Shown here: positions 27,772-36,559 of the stretch, piece by piece
Numbering within the stretch: the stretch's first letter is position 1
Layout: every line of letters begins with the position of its first letter
Assembly: GCA_965250085.1 (NCBI GenBank)
Contig: OZ252287.1
Location: forward strand, 1,120,001-1,184,000
Source: Candidatus Altimarinota bacterium
GTDB taxonomy: Bacteria > Patescibacteriota > Gracilibacteria > CAIRYL01
Direction of reading: 5' to 3'
Length of the DNA stretch: 64,000 bases
Program-made: the position numbers and the translations under genes
The notes under the pieces: model-generated
Database searches by the model: none
What the model was told of the DNA's origin: nothing
The model's input: only the letters and a program-made list of their open reading frames with translations

Positions 27772-28347
27772 ATGATTGGAATACTTGGAAAAAAACTCGG
27801 TATGTCTCAGTTGATCACAGAAGAGGGACACATGGTTCCTGTGACGTATCTTGTGTGCGAACCCAATACTGTCCATCAAAAAAAAACAGAAGATAAAGAT
27901 GGGTATAGTGCTGTTGTTTTAGGCGCTGGTCCACTCAAAAAGCCAACGAAGACAAAAAAGTTCAAGAAATTGAAAGAATTTAAATGCGACGAAGGAGAAT
28001 ATAAAGAAAAAGATAAGATAAAAGTTGATATCTTTGAACCAAGTGATCTTGTTCGTATCTGCGGAGTATCAAAAGGAAAAGGATTTCAGGGAAGAGTAAG
28101 AAGGCATAATGCTCGTGTTTCACGTCGAACACATGGAACAAAATACACTCGCCATGGATCAACTGGACAATGTGCTATGCCAGGACGAACAAAAAAGGGA
28201 ACGAAGATGCCTGGTCGAATGGGGTGTGACACAGTCACTCTTAGAAACAGACCCATTATGATGGTGGATGTAAAACGAAATATCTTGGCGATCAAAGGAT
28301 CAGTGCCAGGGGCTATTAATTCTCTTGTTGTTATTGAAAAGCAATGA
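27772..28347 (+). CDS. rplC: 50S ribosomal protein L3
   Basis: GKKLGMSQ, SKGKGFQG, KGTKMPGRMG, KGSVPG. Confidence 0.96.
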   Translation: MIGILGKKLGMSQLITEEGHMVPVTYLVCEPNTVHQKKTEDKDGYSAVVLGAGPLKKPTKTKKFKKLKEFKCDEGEYKEKDKIKVDIFEPSDLVRICGVSKGKGFQGRVRRHNARVSRRTHGTKYTRHGSTGQCAMPGRTKKGTKMPGRMGCDTVTLRNRPIMMVDVKRNILAIKGSVPGAINSLVVIEKQ

Positions 28348-28976
28348 TAAAAGCAGCACTTTATTCACAGGCTGGAAAAAAGAAATCGGATGTTACTTTG
28401 AAAAAAGAGCTGTTTGAAGCTTCCATCAAAGAAGATCTCATGCACTTGGCTTATGTGCGACAGATATCTAATGCACGTACTGACACTGCATTCTCAAAAA
28501 CCAGAGGAGAAGTTGTAGGAGGAGGACGAAAACCGTATCGACAAAAAGGGACAGGACGTGCTCGGCAAGGCTCAAAAAGTAGTCCTATTCTTCGAGGAGG
28601 AGGGGTAGTGTTCGGTCCTCGTGCGAATAGAAACTACACAAAAAATATGCCAAAAAAACAAAGACGTGCAGCACTTCTCTCTGCACTGTCTCTCAAGGCA
28701 CAAGGAGAGGAAATCATGATTCTTGATGAGTTCAAAAATGACAAACCCAAAACAAAAATCTTTGCCAAGATGCTTTCAGATTTGAAAGTGCAGAGAAAAG
28801 TGCTGGTGGTCACCGCAGAATCAAACAGTGTACTTGAAAAAAGTGCAGAAAATCTGCCAAGTGTCCGTGTTTTGAGAGTAGAGTATCTCAATATTCGAGA
28901 CTTACTCTGGGCTGACACGGTATTGTTTCTCGAACCAGCTCTCAAAAAAGCAGAAGAAATATTTACCAAAGCATAG
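28344..28976 (+). CDS. rplD: 50S ribosomal protein L4
   Basis: KTRGEVVGGGRKPYRQKGTGRARQGS. Confidence 0.97.
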   Translation: MIKAALYSQAGKKKSDVTLKKELFEASIKEDLMHLAYVRQISNARTDTAFSKTRGEVVGGGRKPYRQKGTGRARQGSKSSPILRGGGVVFGPRANRNYTKNMPKKQRRAALLSALSLKAQGEEIMILDEFKNDKPKTKIFAKMLSDLKVQRKVLVVTAESNSVLEKSAENLPSVRVLRVEYLNIRDLLWADTVLFLEPALKKAEEIFTKA

Positions 28977-29037
28977 CTTTGAAATTGTAAATTTTAGATT
29001 TTACATTATAAATTTTCTCCATGAACCTTCCCTTAAC

Positions 29038-29077
29038 GTCCGTCACGGCCATGCCTACGGCAGACAGGCGGACAAGC
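29038..29077. repeat. GC-rich mini-palindromic element in the rplD-rplW spacer
   Basis: GTCCG...CGGAC enclosing CTACGGCAGACAGGCG, 15/16 identical to 59012-59027. Confidence 0.65.
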
Positions 29078-29110
29078 TCCATTCATCATTCATAATTCAA
29101 AATTTTATCC

Positions 29111-29452
29111 ATGCAATTGCATCAAATTCTCCTCGGCCCTGTGACAACAGAAAAGTCTGTACGACTGCAGGAAGACAACATGCACACATTTATGGTGCAC
29201 ATGGATGCTACAAAAATAGATGTTCTTAATGCAGTGAAGAGGTTTTATGGAGTGATGCCAACATCTGTTCGGATCATTCGGTTTCCAAAAAAGACTCGAA
29301 TGATTGGGCGTAGTCAACTTATGACAAAACGCCAACAAGGAAAGAAAGCACTCGTCACACTCAAATCTGGAGACACCATAGAGCTTGTGAGTGTGGAGAA
29401 GAAAACCAAAAAGAAATCCTCAGAAAAAACTTCTCAACAATCTAAAAAATAA
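29111..29452 (+). CDS. rplW: 50S ribosomal protein L23
   Basis: PVTTEKS, ATKIDV, KKALVTL; operon position. Confidence 0.94.
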   Translation: MQLHQILLGPVTTEKSVRLQEDNMHTFMVHMDATKIDVLNAVKRFYGVMPTSVRIIRFPKKTRMIGRSQLMTKRQQGKKALVTLKSGDTIELVSVEKKTKKKSSEKTSQQSKK

Positions 29453-29462
29453 TTTTATATAT

Positions 29463-30305
29463 ATGGGAATTAAAATCTATAAACCAACAACGCCGGGAAG
29501 AAGAAATATGAGCAGTGTAGACTACTCTGATCTCACCAAAAAAAAGCCAGAAAAAGCCCTTTTGTCTAAAAAGAAGTCAAAAGCAGGAAGAAACGCGCAC
29601 GGTCGAATTACCGTACGCCATCGTGGAGGTGGGGTTAAAAAGCACTATCGTAATGTAGATTTTAAGCGAGTAGATAAGTCAGATATCCCTGCTCATGTAG
29701 CAGCACTTGAATATGATCCCAACAGAACAGCATTTATTGCGCTTTTGCACTATGTAGATGGAGAGAAAAGATACATCCTTGCTCCTGATAAAATGAAGGT
29801 GGGAGATGAAGTCATCACGTCAGAATCTGCAAAACCAAAGACAGGGAATCGTATGAAGATCAAAAATATCCCTGTGGGATATGCACTTCACGACGTTGAG
29901 CTTACTCTTGGAAAAGGAGGGCAGATTGTCAGAAGCGCCGGGAGCTCAGCAAAGCTTATGTCACTTGATGCCGACATGGCGCAGTTGCAACTTCCGTCTG
30001 GAGAGGTGCGATTCATTCATAAGGATTGTTATGCCACTGTTGGAACCGTTTCAAACGCGGATCACATGAATGTAGTCATTGGAAAAGCAGGAAGGGTGCG
30101 CAAGATGGGAAAACGACCTCAGGTGCTCGGAAAGTCCATGAATGCTGCTGATCATCCGCATGGCGGAGGGGAAGGGCACTCACCTATAGGACTCAAGCAT
30201 CCAAAGACACCGTGGGGAGCGCCAGCACTCGGATACAAAACTCGAAAGCGTAAAAATCCTTCTTCTAAATTTATTATTCGCCGTCGTGGTGGGAAGAAGA
30301 GATAG
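29463..30305 (+). CDS. rplB: 50S ribosomal protein L2
   Basis: [25 protein letters not shown]; start set at MGIKIYK. Confidence 0.98.
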   Translation: MGIKIYKPTTPGRRNMSSVDYSDLTKKKPEKALLSKKKSKAGRNAHGRITVRHRGGGVKKHYRNVDFKRVDKSDIPAHVAALEYDPNRTAFIALLHYVDGEKRYILAPDKMKVGDEVITSESAKPKTGNRMKIKNIPVGYALHDVELTLGKGGQIVRSAGSSAKLMSLDADMAQLQLPSGEVRFIHKDCYATVGTVSNADHMNVVIGKAGRVRKMGKRPQVLGKSMNAADHPHGGGEGHSPIGLKHPKTPWGAPALGYKTRKRKNPSSKFIIRRRGGKKR

Positions 30306-30358
30306 TCAATTTTCAACTCTTTTAAACTTTTTACTTTTACTTTTATAATCTAGTTCCT

Positions 30359-30634
30359 ATGCCACGAAGTTCAAAGAAAGGACCGTATGTAGATGAAAAA
30401 CTCCTCAAGAAAGTGATGACTATGGAGTCAACAGGAGGAAAAAAAATTATAAAGACTTGGTCTCGAGCATCTTCTATTCATCCTGCTTTTGTGGGCCACA
30501 CATTTGGAGTTCATAATGGGAAGCAACATGTCCCCGTGTTTGTGACGGAAGACATGGTAGGTCATAAACTTGGAGAATTTGCTCCTACTCGTAAGTTTCG
30601 AAGCCATGGTGGAAGGATGGCAAAAACAGAATAA
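30359..30634 (+). CDS. rpsS: 30S ribosomal protein S19
   Basis: [28 protein letters not shown]. Confidence 0.98.
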   Translation: MPRSSKKGPYVDEKLLKKVMTMESTGGKKIIKTWSRASSIHPAFVGHTFGVHNGKQHVPVFVTEDMVGHKLGEFAPTRKFRSHGGRMAKTE

Positions 30635-30664
30635 TATTTATTTATAACTCCTTATTAGTTGCAT

Positions 30665-30988
30665 ATGAAAGCAGTACTCAGACAAGTTCGGATCTCTCCA
30701 AAAAAGGCAAATATTGTAGCGACCATGGTACAAGGAAAAAGTGTATCGGAAGCAGATGAAATCCTGAAGTACCTTCCGAAGAAAGCAGCTAAGATCCTGA
30801 GAAGAGTAATTACTTCCGCAACAGCAAATGCACAAAATAATCTTGGACAAGACACTTCAAAGCTTATGATAAAACGCATTTTGGTAACCAAAGGGCCTCA
30901 AAATAAGAGATGGATTCCTGTATCTCGAGGCCGTGCCAATCCACTCTTGAAACGCACATCTCATATTACTGTAGAGCTGAGTGCATAG
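30665..30988 (+). CDS. rplV: 50S ribosomal protein L22
   Basis: RISPKK, SATANA, RGRA, KRTSHITV. Confidence 0.96.
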   Translation: MKAVLRQVRISPKKANIVATMVQGKSVSEADEILKYLPKKAAKILRRVITSATANAQNNLGQDTSKLMIKRILVTKGPQNKRWIPVSRGRANPLLKRTSHITVELSA

Positions 30989-31043
30989 GAAAAATTACCA
31001 ATAAGAATCTTTCTTTTTACTTTTTATTTCATAACTCGATAAT

Positions 31044-31706
31044 ATGGGGCAAAAAATGAATCCGGTCGGCATGAGAATAGGTATCACCAACACTTGGGAA
31101 AGCCGGTGGTTTGTGAGTGATAAAAGGCAATATGCGCAAATGGTAAATCGAGATGCAAAAATACGAGATTTTCTTTTTCAAAAACTAAAGGATGCGGGTA
31201 TTGCAAAAATTGTGATAGAGCGATCGAACAAAGATACACATCTCTCTCTCTATACAGCAAAACCCGGAGTACTCATCGGAAGACAAGGAACACAAGTAGA
31301 TGATCTGAAAGAAGATCTTTTCAGAAAATTTGGCACTCGATTTGAAATTGCAGTAAAAGAAGTAAAAAAGCCAGAATTGGAAGCACGTTTGGTAGCAGGG
31401 AACATTGCTCAGCAGCTGGAGAGACGTATTGCTTTTCGTCGTGCGGCAAAAATGGCTGTCCAAAAAACAATGGAAGCAGGCGCAAAAGGTATAAAAGTGC
31501 AAGTGTCCGGCAGACTTGGTGGTGTAGAAATTGCGCGTAGTGAATACTTTATTGATGGAAAAATCCCTTTGCATACTTTCCGAGCTGATATTTCATATGC
31601 GCATATCAATTCACATACAACATATGGTGCTATCGGAGTAAAAGTATGGATTTACAAAGGAGAGGTATTTAAAAAGGTGAATTCCGATGCTCAAGGCGCT
31701 TCATAA
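31044..31706 (+). CDS. rpsC: 30S ribosomal protein S3
   Basis: MGQKMNPVGMRIG, SGRLGGVEIARSE, GVKVWI. Confidence 0.98.
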   Translation: MGQKMNPVGMRIGITNTWESRWFVSDKRQYAQMVNRDAKIRDFLFQKLKDAGIAKIVIERSNKDTHLSLYTAKPGVLIGRQGTQVDDLKEDLFRKFGTRFEIAVKEVKKPELEARLVAGNIAQQLERRIAFRRAAKMAVQKTMEAGAKGIKVQVSGRLGGVEIARSEYFIDGKIPLHTFRADISYAHINSHTTYGAIGVKVWIYKGEVFKKVNSDAQGAS

Positions 31707-31711
31707 AAGGC

Positions 31712-31740
31712 TTGACGTCAACTTTTCTCCTCTCTACAAT
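31712..31740 (+). promoter_or_regulatory. Internal promoter upstream of rplP
   Basis: TTGACG-17 nt-TACAAT in the rpsC-rplP spacer. Confidence 0.65.
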
Positions 31741-31785
31741 CTCCCAGCTTTTATTTTTTGATCACACTTTCTTTTTTCTTTCATA

Positions 31786-32205
31786 ATGCTAAATCCAAAG
31801 AAGACAAAATACCGGAAGTGGCATCGCCTCAGGGGGCGCCTTAAAGGGAACGCTACCAGTGGTAGCCGGATTGCATTTGGTGAGTATGGTCTCAAGGCAA
31901 TCACACGAGGAGAAATCAGTGCACGACAAGTAGAGTCCGCACGAAGAGCAATCAACAGATATATCAAAAGAGGTGGAAAGGTTTGGATTCGTGTATTTCC
32001 TCATAAACCCGTGACAGCAAAAGCTGCAGAGGTCCCTATGGGATCTGGGAAAGGCGCGCTTGATCGATACGTGACACCTATCAAACCGGGAACAATGATC
32101 TTTGAAATGAGCGGAGTGGATGAGGACAGTGCTCGAGAAGCACTTCGCCTCGCTTCTCATAAACTTTGTATCAAGTCTAAATTCGTTTCAAAAAGCTTTG
32201 TATAA
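31786..32205 (+). CDS. rplP: 50S ribosomal protein L16
   Basis: [23 protein letters not shown]. Confidence 0.98.
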   Translation: MLNPKKTKYRKWHRLRGRLKGNATSGSRIAFGEYGLKAITRGEISARQVESARRAINRYIKRGGKVWIRVFPHKPVTAKAAEVPMGSGKGALDRYVTPIKPGTMIFEMSGVDEDSAREALRLASHKLCIKSKFVSKSFV

Positions 32206-32222
32206 TTTCCATTTTTTCTGTG

Positions 32223-32438
32223 ATGACATTTCAACAAATGATGGCAGCCAAAGAAGATGATCTCAGAAAAGAGATAGAAAAAACCGAAAGAGAACTCTTA
32301 CAAGTACGCATGGGAATACGCCTTCAACAAGAGAAAAATACGGCAAAAAAAACTAAAAAGAGAAAGTATATTGCACAGCTCAAAACGGCACTGAATAATA
32401 AACAATCTTCCCCAGAAAAAACTCCTCTTACTTCTTAA
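32223..32438 (+). CDS. rpmC: 50S ribosomal protein L29
   Basis: Position between rplP and rpsQ; RKYIAQLKT. Confidence 0.85.
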   Translation: MTFQQMMAAKEDDLRKEIEKTERELLQVRMGIRLQQEKNTAKKTKKRKYIAQLKTALNNKQSSPEKTPLTS

Positions 32439-32446
32439 ATCATCCT

Positions 32447-32677
32447 ATGAAAGCAAAAAAAGGAACTATTATATCGGCTAAAATGGACCAAACAGTAGTA
32501 GTTATAGTGCACACATATAAAGCTCATCCGAAGTATAAGAAGAGATATCGAATTTCTCGAAAGTTTCTCGCTCATAATCCAGACAATAAATATCAAGAAG
32601 GAGATGAGGTCACCATCATGGAAACCAAGCCACTTTCCAAGAGGAAGAGATGGATAGTCGCATCAGAGGCAGAGTAA
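32447..32677 (+). CDS. rpsQ: 30S ribosomal protein S17
   Basis: KMDQTVVV, HPKYKK, ETKPLSKRKRW. Confidence 0.97.
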   Translation: MKAKKGTIISAKMDQTVVVIVHTYKAHPKYKKRYRISRKFLAHNPDNKYQEGDEVTIMETKPLSKRKRWIVASEAE

Positions 32678-32714
32678 TTATTTCAGCCAATCATAATACA
32701 CTTTTTATTTCAGA

Positions 32715-33083
32715 ATGATTCAAACTCAAAGCAAACTCAGCGTAGCCGATAACACAGGTGCTAAAAGTGTTATGTGCATCAAGGTGCTTGGTGGATCAAA
32801 AAGGAGATATGCTCAAATTGGAGACACGATTGTCGTTGCAGTAAAAAAAGCGCTTCCTCGAGGAGTTGTAAAAAAAAAGAGCGTTCAAAGGGCAGTAATT
32901 GTAAGGCAAAAAAGAAATCTCAAGAGAAGGGATGGGTCGTATATACGGTTTGATGAGAATGCGGTTGTTATTGTTAACAAAGAAGGAATACCCAAAGGTA
33001 CACGCGTCTTTGGACCCGTAGCCAGAGAGCTTAGGAGGAAGGGATTCCAAAAAATTATTTCCCAAGCGCCAGAAGTTTTATAA
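32715..33083 (+). CDS. rplN: 50S ribosomal protein L14
   Basis: [25 protein letters not shown]. Confidence 0.98.
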   Translation: MIQTQSKLSVADNTGAKSVMCIKVLGGSKRRYAQIGDTIVVAVKKALPRGVVKKKSVQRAVIVRQKRNLKRRDGSYIRFDENAVVIVNKEGIPKGTRVFGPVARELRRKGFQKIISQAPEVL

Positions 33084-33137
33084 CTTATTAGCCATTAGCA
33101 CTTAGTTTTTAATTTTCAATTTCTAATTTTCCAATTT

Positions 33138-33464
33138 ATGAGAATCAAAAAAGGAGACACTGTTCAGGTTTTAACTGGCAAGGATAAAGGGAAAAAAGGG
33201 AAAGTAATGAGTATCCTCTCAAAATCCCAAAAGATAGTCGTGGAAAAGGTCAACATTATTACCAAGCACATCAAAAAAACTCAGCAGAGAGCGGGAGAAC
33301 GTATCCAGACGGAAGGACCTATTCATGCATCAAACGTTATGGTTCTCTGTCCAGAGACGAAAAAACCAACAAAAGTAAAGTATGAGGTGCCAAAATCTGG
33401 AAAAAAATATAGAATATCTGCCCGCAGCGGAAAAACGCTCGATACACCATTTGTAAAAAACTAA
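33138..33464 (+). CDS. rplX: 50S ribosomal protein L24
   Basis: KKGDTVQVLTGKDKGKKG, PIHASNV. Confidence 0.97.
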   Translation: MRIKKGDTVQVLTGKDKGKKGKVMSILSKSQKIVVEKVNIITKHIKKTQQRAGERIQTEGPIHASNVMVLCPETKKPTKVKYEVPKSGKKYRISARSGKTLDTPFVKN

Positions 33465-33490
33465 CCATCCTATAATTTAAAATTTTTCAA

Positions 33491-34027
33491 GTGTCATTTG
33501 CAACCACATATCGGGAGACTCTACGAGACAAGCTTCAAAAGGATCTTACTTTGCACAACACCCATGAAGTACCTCGGATCACAAAAATTACTGTCAATGC
33601 GGGAATAGGAAAATACTTACAATCCGAAAAAAATCCTTCTAAAGTAGTCGAAGCCATCAAACTCATTACTGGACAGTCTCCAATAGTGAATAAAGCTCGT
33701 ATGGCTATTTCAAACTTTAAACTCCGTGAAGGGATGCCAGTGGGATGCTCTGTTACCCTCAGAAAGCAAAGGATGTATGATTTTTTAGAGAGAGTGGTTA
33801 CATATACCGCTCCACGAATTCGTGACTTTCAGGGATTTTCTCACAAATCATTTGACGGAAGAGGGAACTACTCTTTTGGGATTCGTGAGCACACTGTATT
33901 TCCAGAAATTCCTCAAGATGACGTAGTAAAACCATTTGGACTACAAATCACTATCACAACTACAGCCGAGACCGATGAGCAAGCAAAAGCACTTCTCAAA
34001 GAATTTAATTTCCCTTTTACTCGATAA
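33491..34027 (+). CDS. rplE: 50S ribosomal protein L5
   Basis: [27 protein letters not shown]; GTG start. Confidence 0.97.
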   Translation: MSFATTYRETLRDKLQKDLTLHNTHEVPRITKITVNAGIGKYLQSEKNPSKVVEAIKLITGQSPIVNKARMAISNFKLREGMPVGCSVTLRKQRMYDFLERVVTYTAPRIRDFQGFSHKSFDGRGNYSFGIREHTVFPEIPQDDVVKPFGLQITITTTAETDEQAKALLKEFNFPFTR

Positions 34028-34037
34028 TTTTTTTTCC

Positions 34038-34262
34038 ATGGCAAAAAAGTCAATGATCGTAAAAGCAAATAAGCGCAAAAAAAAGTATCTCCAGGCACTT
34101 GCAGATGGAAGAAAGCCAAAGCATCCTACAAGGATGTACAACAGATGCCAACGATGTGGCAGGCCACACGGATATATGCGAATATTTGATATGTGCCGTA
34201 TATGTGTACGAGAACTTGCTCGAGAAGGGAAAATTGCAGGATTAAAAAAATCGAGTTGGTAA
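34038..34262 (+). CDS. rpsN: 30S ribosomal protein S14, zinc-binding type
   Basis: [26 protein letters not shown]; 74 aa. Confidence 0.96.
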   Translation: MAKKSMIVKANKRKKKYLQALADGRKPKHPTRMYNRCQRCGRPHGYMRIFDMCRICVRELAREGKIAGLKKSSW

Positions 34263-34291
34263 AAATATAATCTTTAACCTTTTCATTTAAA

Positions 34292-34675
34292 ATGAATACT
34301 GATCCTATTGCCGATATGCTTACAAGAATACGAAACGCTTCACGAGCGGAAAGGGAGAGTGTATCTATCCCTCATTCTCGAATAAAAAAAGCGATAGCAG
34401 ATATCATGCAAAAAAAGGGATTTATACAAAAAGTAGGCATTATGGAAGAACAAAGAAAAAAAAGCATTCATATTGAACTCATGCCCGAAAGAAAAGATAT
34501 TATGCTTACTCGAAAAAGCAAGCCAGGCCGAAGGCATTATCTAGCCTCTCGAGAGATGAGGCCAGTGCACGATGGATACGGAGTAGGCATTGTTTCTACT
34601 TCCCAGGGAGTTATGACAACGGAGCAAGCGCAGGATAAGAAAGTAGGAGGAGAGTATATCTGTGAAGTATATTAA
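34292..34675 (+). CDS. rpsH: 30S ribosomal protein S8
   Basis: DPIADMLTRIRNA, SKPGRR, STSQG, GGE. Confidence 0.98.
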   Translation: MNTDPIADMLTRIRNASRAERESVSIPHSRIKKAIADIMQKKGFIQKVGIMEEQRKKSIHIELMPERKDIMLTRKSKPGRRHYLASREMRPVHDGYGVGIVSTSQGVMTTEQAQDKKVGGEYICEVY

Positions 34676-34704
34676 TATAATTTTATTCCAAATCTTTAAT
34701 TTTT

Positions 34705-35262
34705 ATGTCCCGAATTGGAAAACAAATCATCGAAATCCCTTCAGGCGTAACAGTCGAAATTCAGAACCAACTGGTAATCGTCAAGGGAGGAAAGGGAGAA
34801 CTTTCATACGAGATGCCCGTCGGCATTGCCCTTGAGCAGGAGGAAGGCACTTTACAGGTCAAAAGAGCTTCTGATGAAAAGCAAATGAGAGCATTCCATG
34901 GACTTGTAAGAGCACTTATTGCCAATATGGTTGAAGGTGTTTCGAAGGGGTTTGAAAAACGTTTAGAAATTCAAGGAGTGGGATATAGGGCGCAGGCAAC
35001 TGGGAATAAAATCAATCTTCAACTCGGATTTTCACATCCTATAGAAATGAATGCTCCAAAGGGAGTTACTGTGCAAAATGATGAAGAAGAAAAAAATATC
35101 CTTATTGTTAGTGGCATTGATAAACAAGCAGTTGGTGAATTTGCCGCGAATATCCGAAAACTCAGAAAGCCAGAACCATACAAAGGAAAAGGAATCAGGT
35201 ATGTAGGAGAGTATGTACCTCGCAAGGCAGGAAAAGCTGCAGCAAGTGCAGGAGAAGCTTAA
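34705..35262 (+). CDS. rplF: 50S ribosomal protein L6
   Basis: MSRIGK, GVGYRA, PEPYKGKGIRY. Confidence 0.98.
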   Translation: MSRIGKQIIEIPSGVTVEIQNQLVIVKGGKGELSYEMPVGIALEQEEGTLQVKRASDEKQMRAFHGLVRALIANMVEGVSKGFEKRLEIQGVGYRAQATGNKINLQLGFSHPIEMNAPKGVTVQNDEEEKNILIVSGIDKQAVGEFAANIRKLRKPEPYKGKGIRYVGEYVPRKAGKAAASAGEA

Positions 35263-35280
35263 TCTTTACTATATATATTT

Positions 35281-35628
35281 ATGCCAAGTATCAAATCACT
35301 CCAGCGACAGAGACGAAAAGCACGAAGTCGTGCCAAGATATCAGGAACTGCCAAAAGGCCAAGACTCACTGTATACAGATCTCTTCAATCATTTGAAGCA
35401 CAACTGATTGATGACATAAGTGGTGTCACGCTTGTAAGCATCACTTCTCGAAAAGAAAAAAAAGATGGAACTTCTCTCAAAAATGTACAAGAACTTGGGA
35501 AAAAATTAGGAGAGCAAGCAAAAAAGAAAAAGATAACGACTTGTGTTTTTGATCGCAATGGATATGCATACCATGGAAAGGTAAAAACCTTTGCAGATGG
35601 AGCTCGGGAAGGTGGCCTTATGTTTTAA
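35281..35628 (+). CDS. rplR: 50S ribosomal protein L18
   Basis: RPRLTVYRS, FDRNGYAYHGKV, AREGGL. Confidence 0.97.
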   Translation: MPSIKSLQRQRRKARSRAKISGTAKRPRLTVYRSLQSFEAQLIDDISGVTLVSITSRKEKKDGTSLKNVQELGKKLGEQAKKKKITTCVFDRNGYAYHGKVKTFADGAREGGLMF

Positions 35629-35655
35629 ATCTCTTATTTTTCATATTTCTCCCAC

Positions 35656-36456
35656 ATGACAGAAGAAAAAGACACCACTTCAAAGCAGGAGGTTCAAAAA
35701 ACAGAAGAATCTACGCCACAAGAAAACTCTGCCGAAGAGCAGGGTGTTGTTGCCAATGCAGAGAAAAATGTTTCTCAGGACGCAGCCACAGCTCAAGATC
35801 CGGCAAAGAAAGCAGAAAATACGTCTACAAAAGGTAAGAACCGATCACACTCTCAAAATCGAAGAGATAATCAGAAAGGAAAAGGATCCAAAAAGAGGTC
35901 TCGTCGCGGAAGACGCGGAAGAGGGGACACTGGAGAAAAAGAATTTGAAGAAGAAGTTCTCGAGATTGCACGAGTCACTCGTGTAGTAAAAGGAGGACGC
36001 CGGCTGCGATTCCGGGCAACGGTCATAGTAGGAGATCGAAAAGGCAGAGTAGGAATGAGTACTGGGAAATCAACAGAGGTCGCTGCTGCTGTACACAAAG
36101 CGGTTGCTGCTGCCAAGAAGAATCTTATAAAAATCCCTATTATCAGAGGAACAATTCCTCATGAAGTAAAATGGAAACACAAAGGAGCGCGCATTTTACT
36201 CATGCCTGCCAAAGAAGGGATCGGTATTATTGCCGGAGGAGCTCTTCGAAAAATAGCAGACCTGTCAGGTATTCAGAATATTTTGGGGAAGAGCTATGGA
36301 ACGAATAATAAACTCGTAAATGCGCAGGCTATGATGGGCGCATTGCAGTCATTTAGGCAAAAGAAACAAGACGAAAGTGCAAAGAATCAATCTCCTCAAA
36401 AAAATGAGACTGATACCGAAAAAACGGTTCATAAAAAAATATCCACAAAAGAATAA
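35656..36456 (+). CDS. rpsE: 30S ribosomal protein S5 with long N- and C-terminal extensions
   Basis: RVTRVVKGGRR, GIIAGG; about 95-aa charged N-terminus. Confidence 0.96.
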   Translation: MTEEKDTTSKQEVQKTEESTPQENSAEEQGVVANAEKNVSQDAATAQDPAKKAENTSTKGKNRSHSQNRRDNQKGKGSKKRSRRGRRGRGDTGEKEFEEEVLEIARVTRVVKGGRRLRFRATVIVGDRKGRVGMSTGKSTEVAAAVHKAVAAAKKNLIKIPIIRGTIPHEVKWKHKGARILLMPAKEGIGIIAGGALRKIADLSGIQNILGKSYGTNNKLVNAQAMMGALQSFRQKKQDESAKNQSPQKNETDTEKTVHKKISTKE

Positions 36457-36559
36457 TACAATATATTCTTTTGTATTCTTGGTTTTCTCACAAAAAAACA
36501 CTCCCTGCGCTATGACTTTGTAGCGAAGTTTCGTATGCTCTTTTCACTTCTAGACTCAC

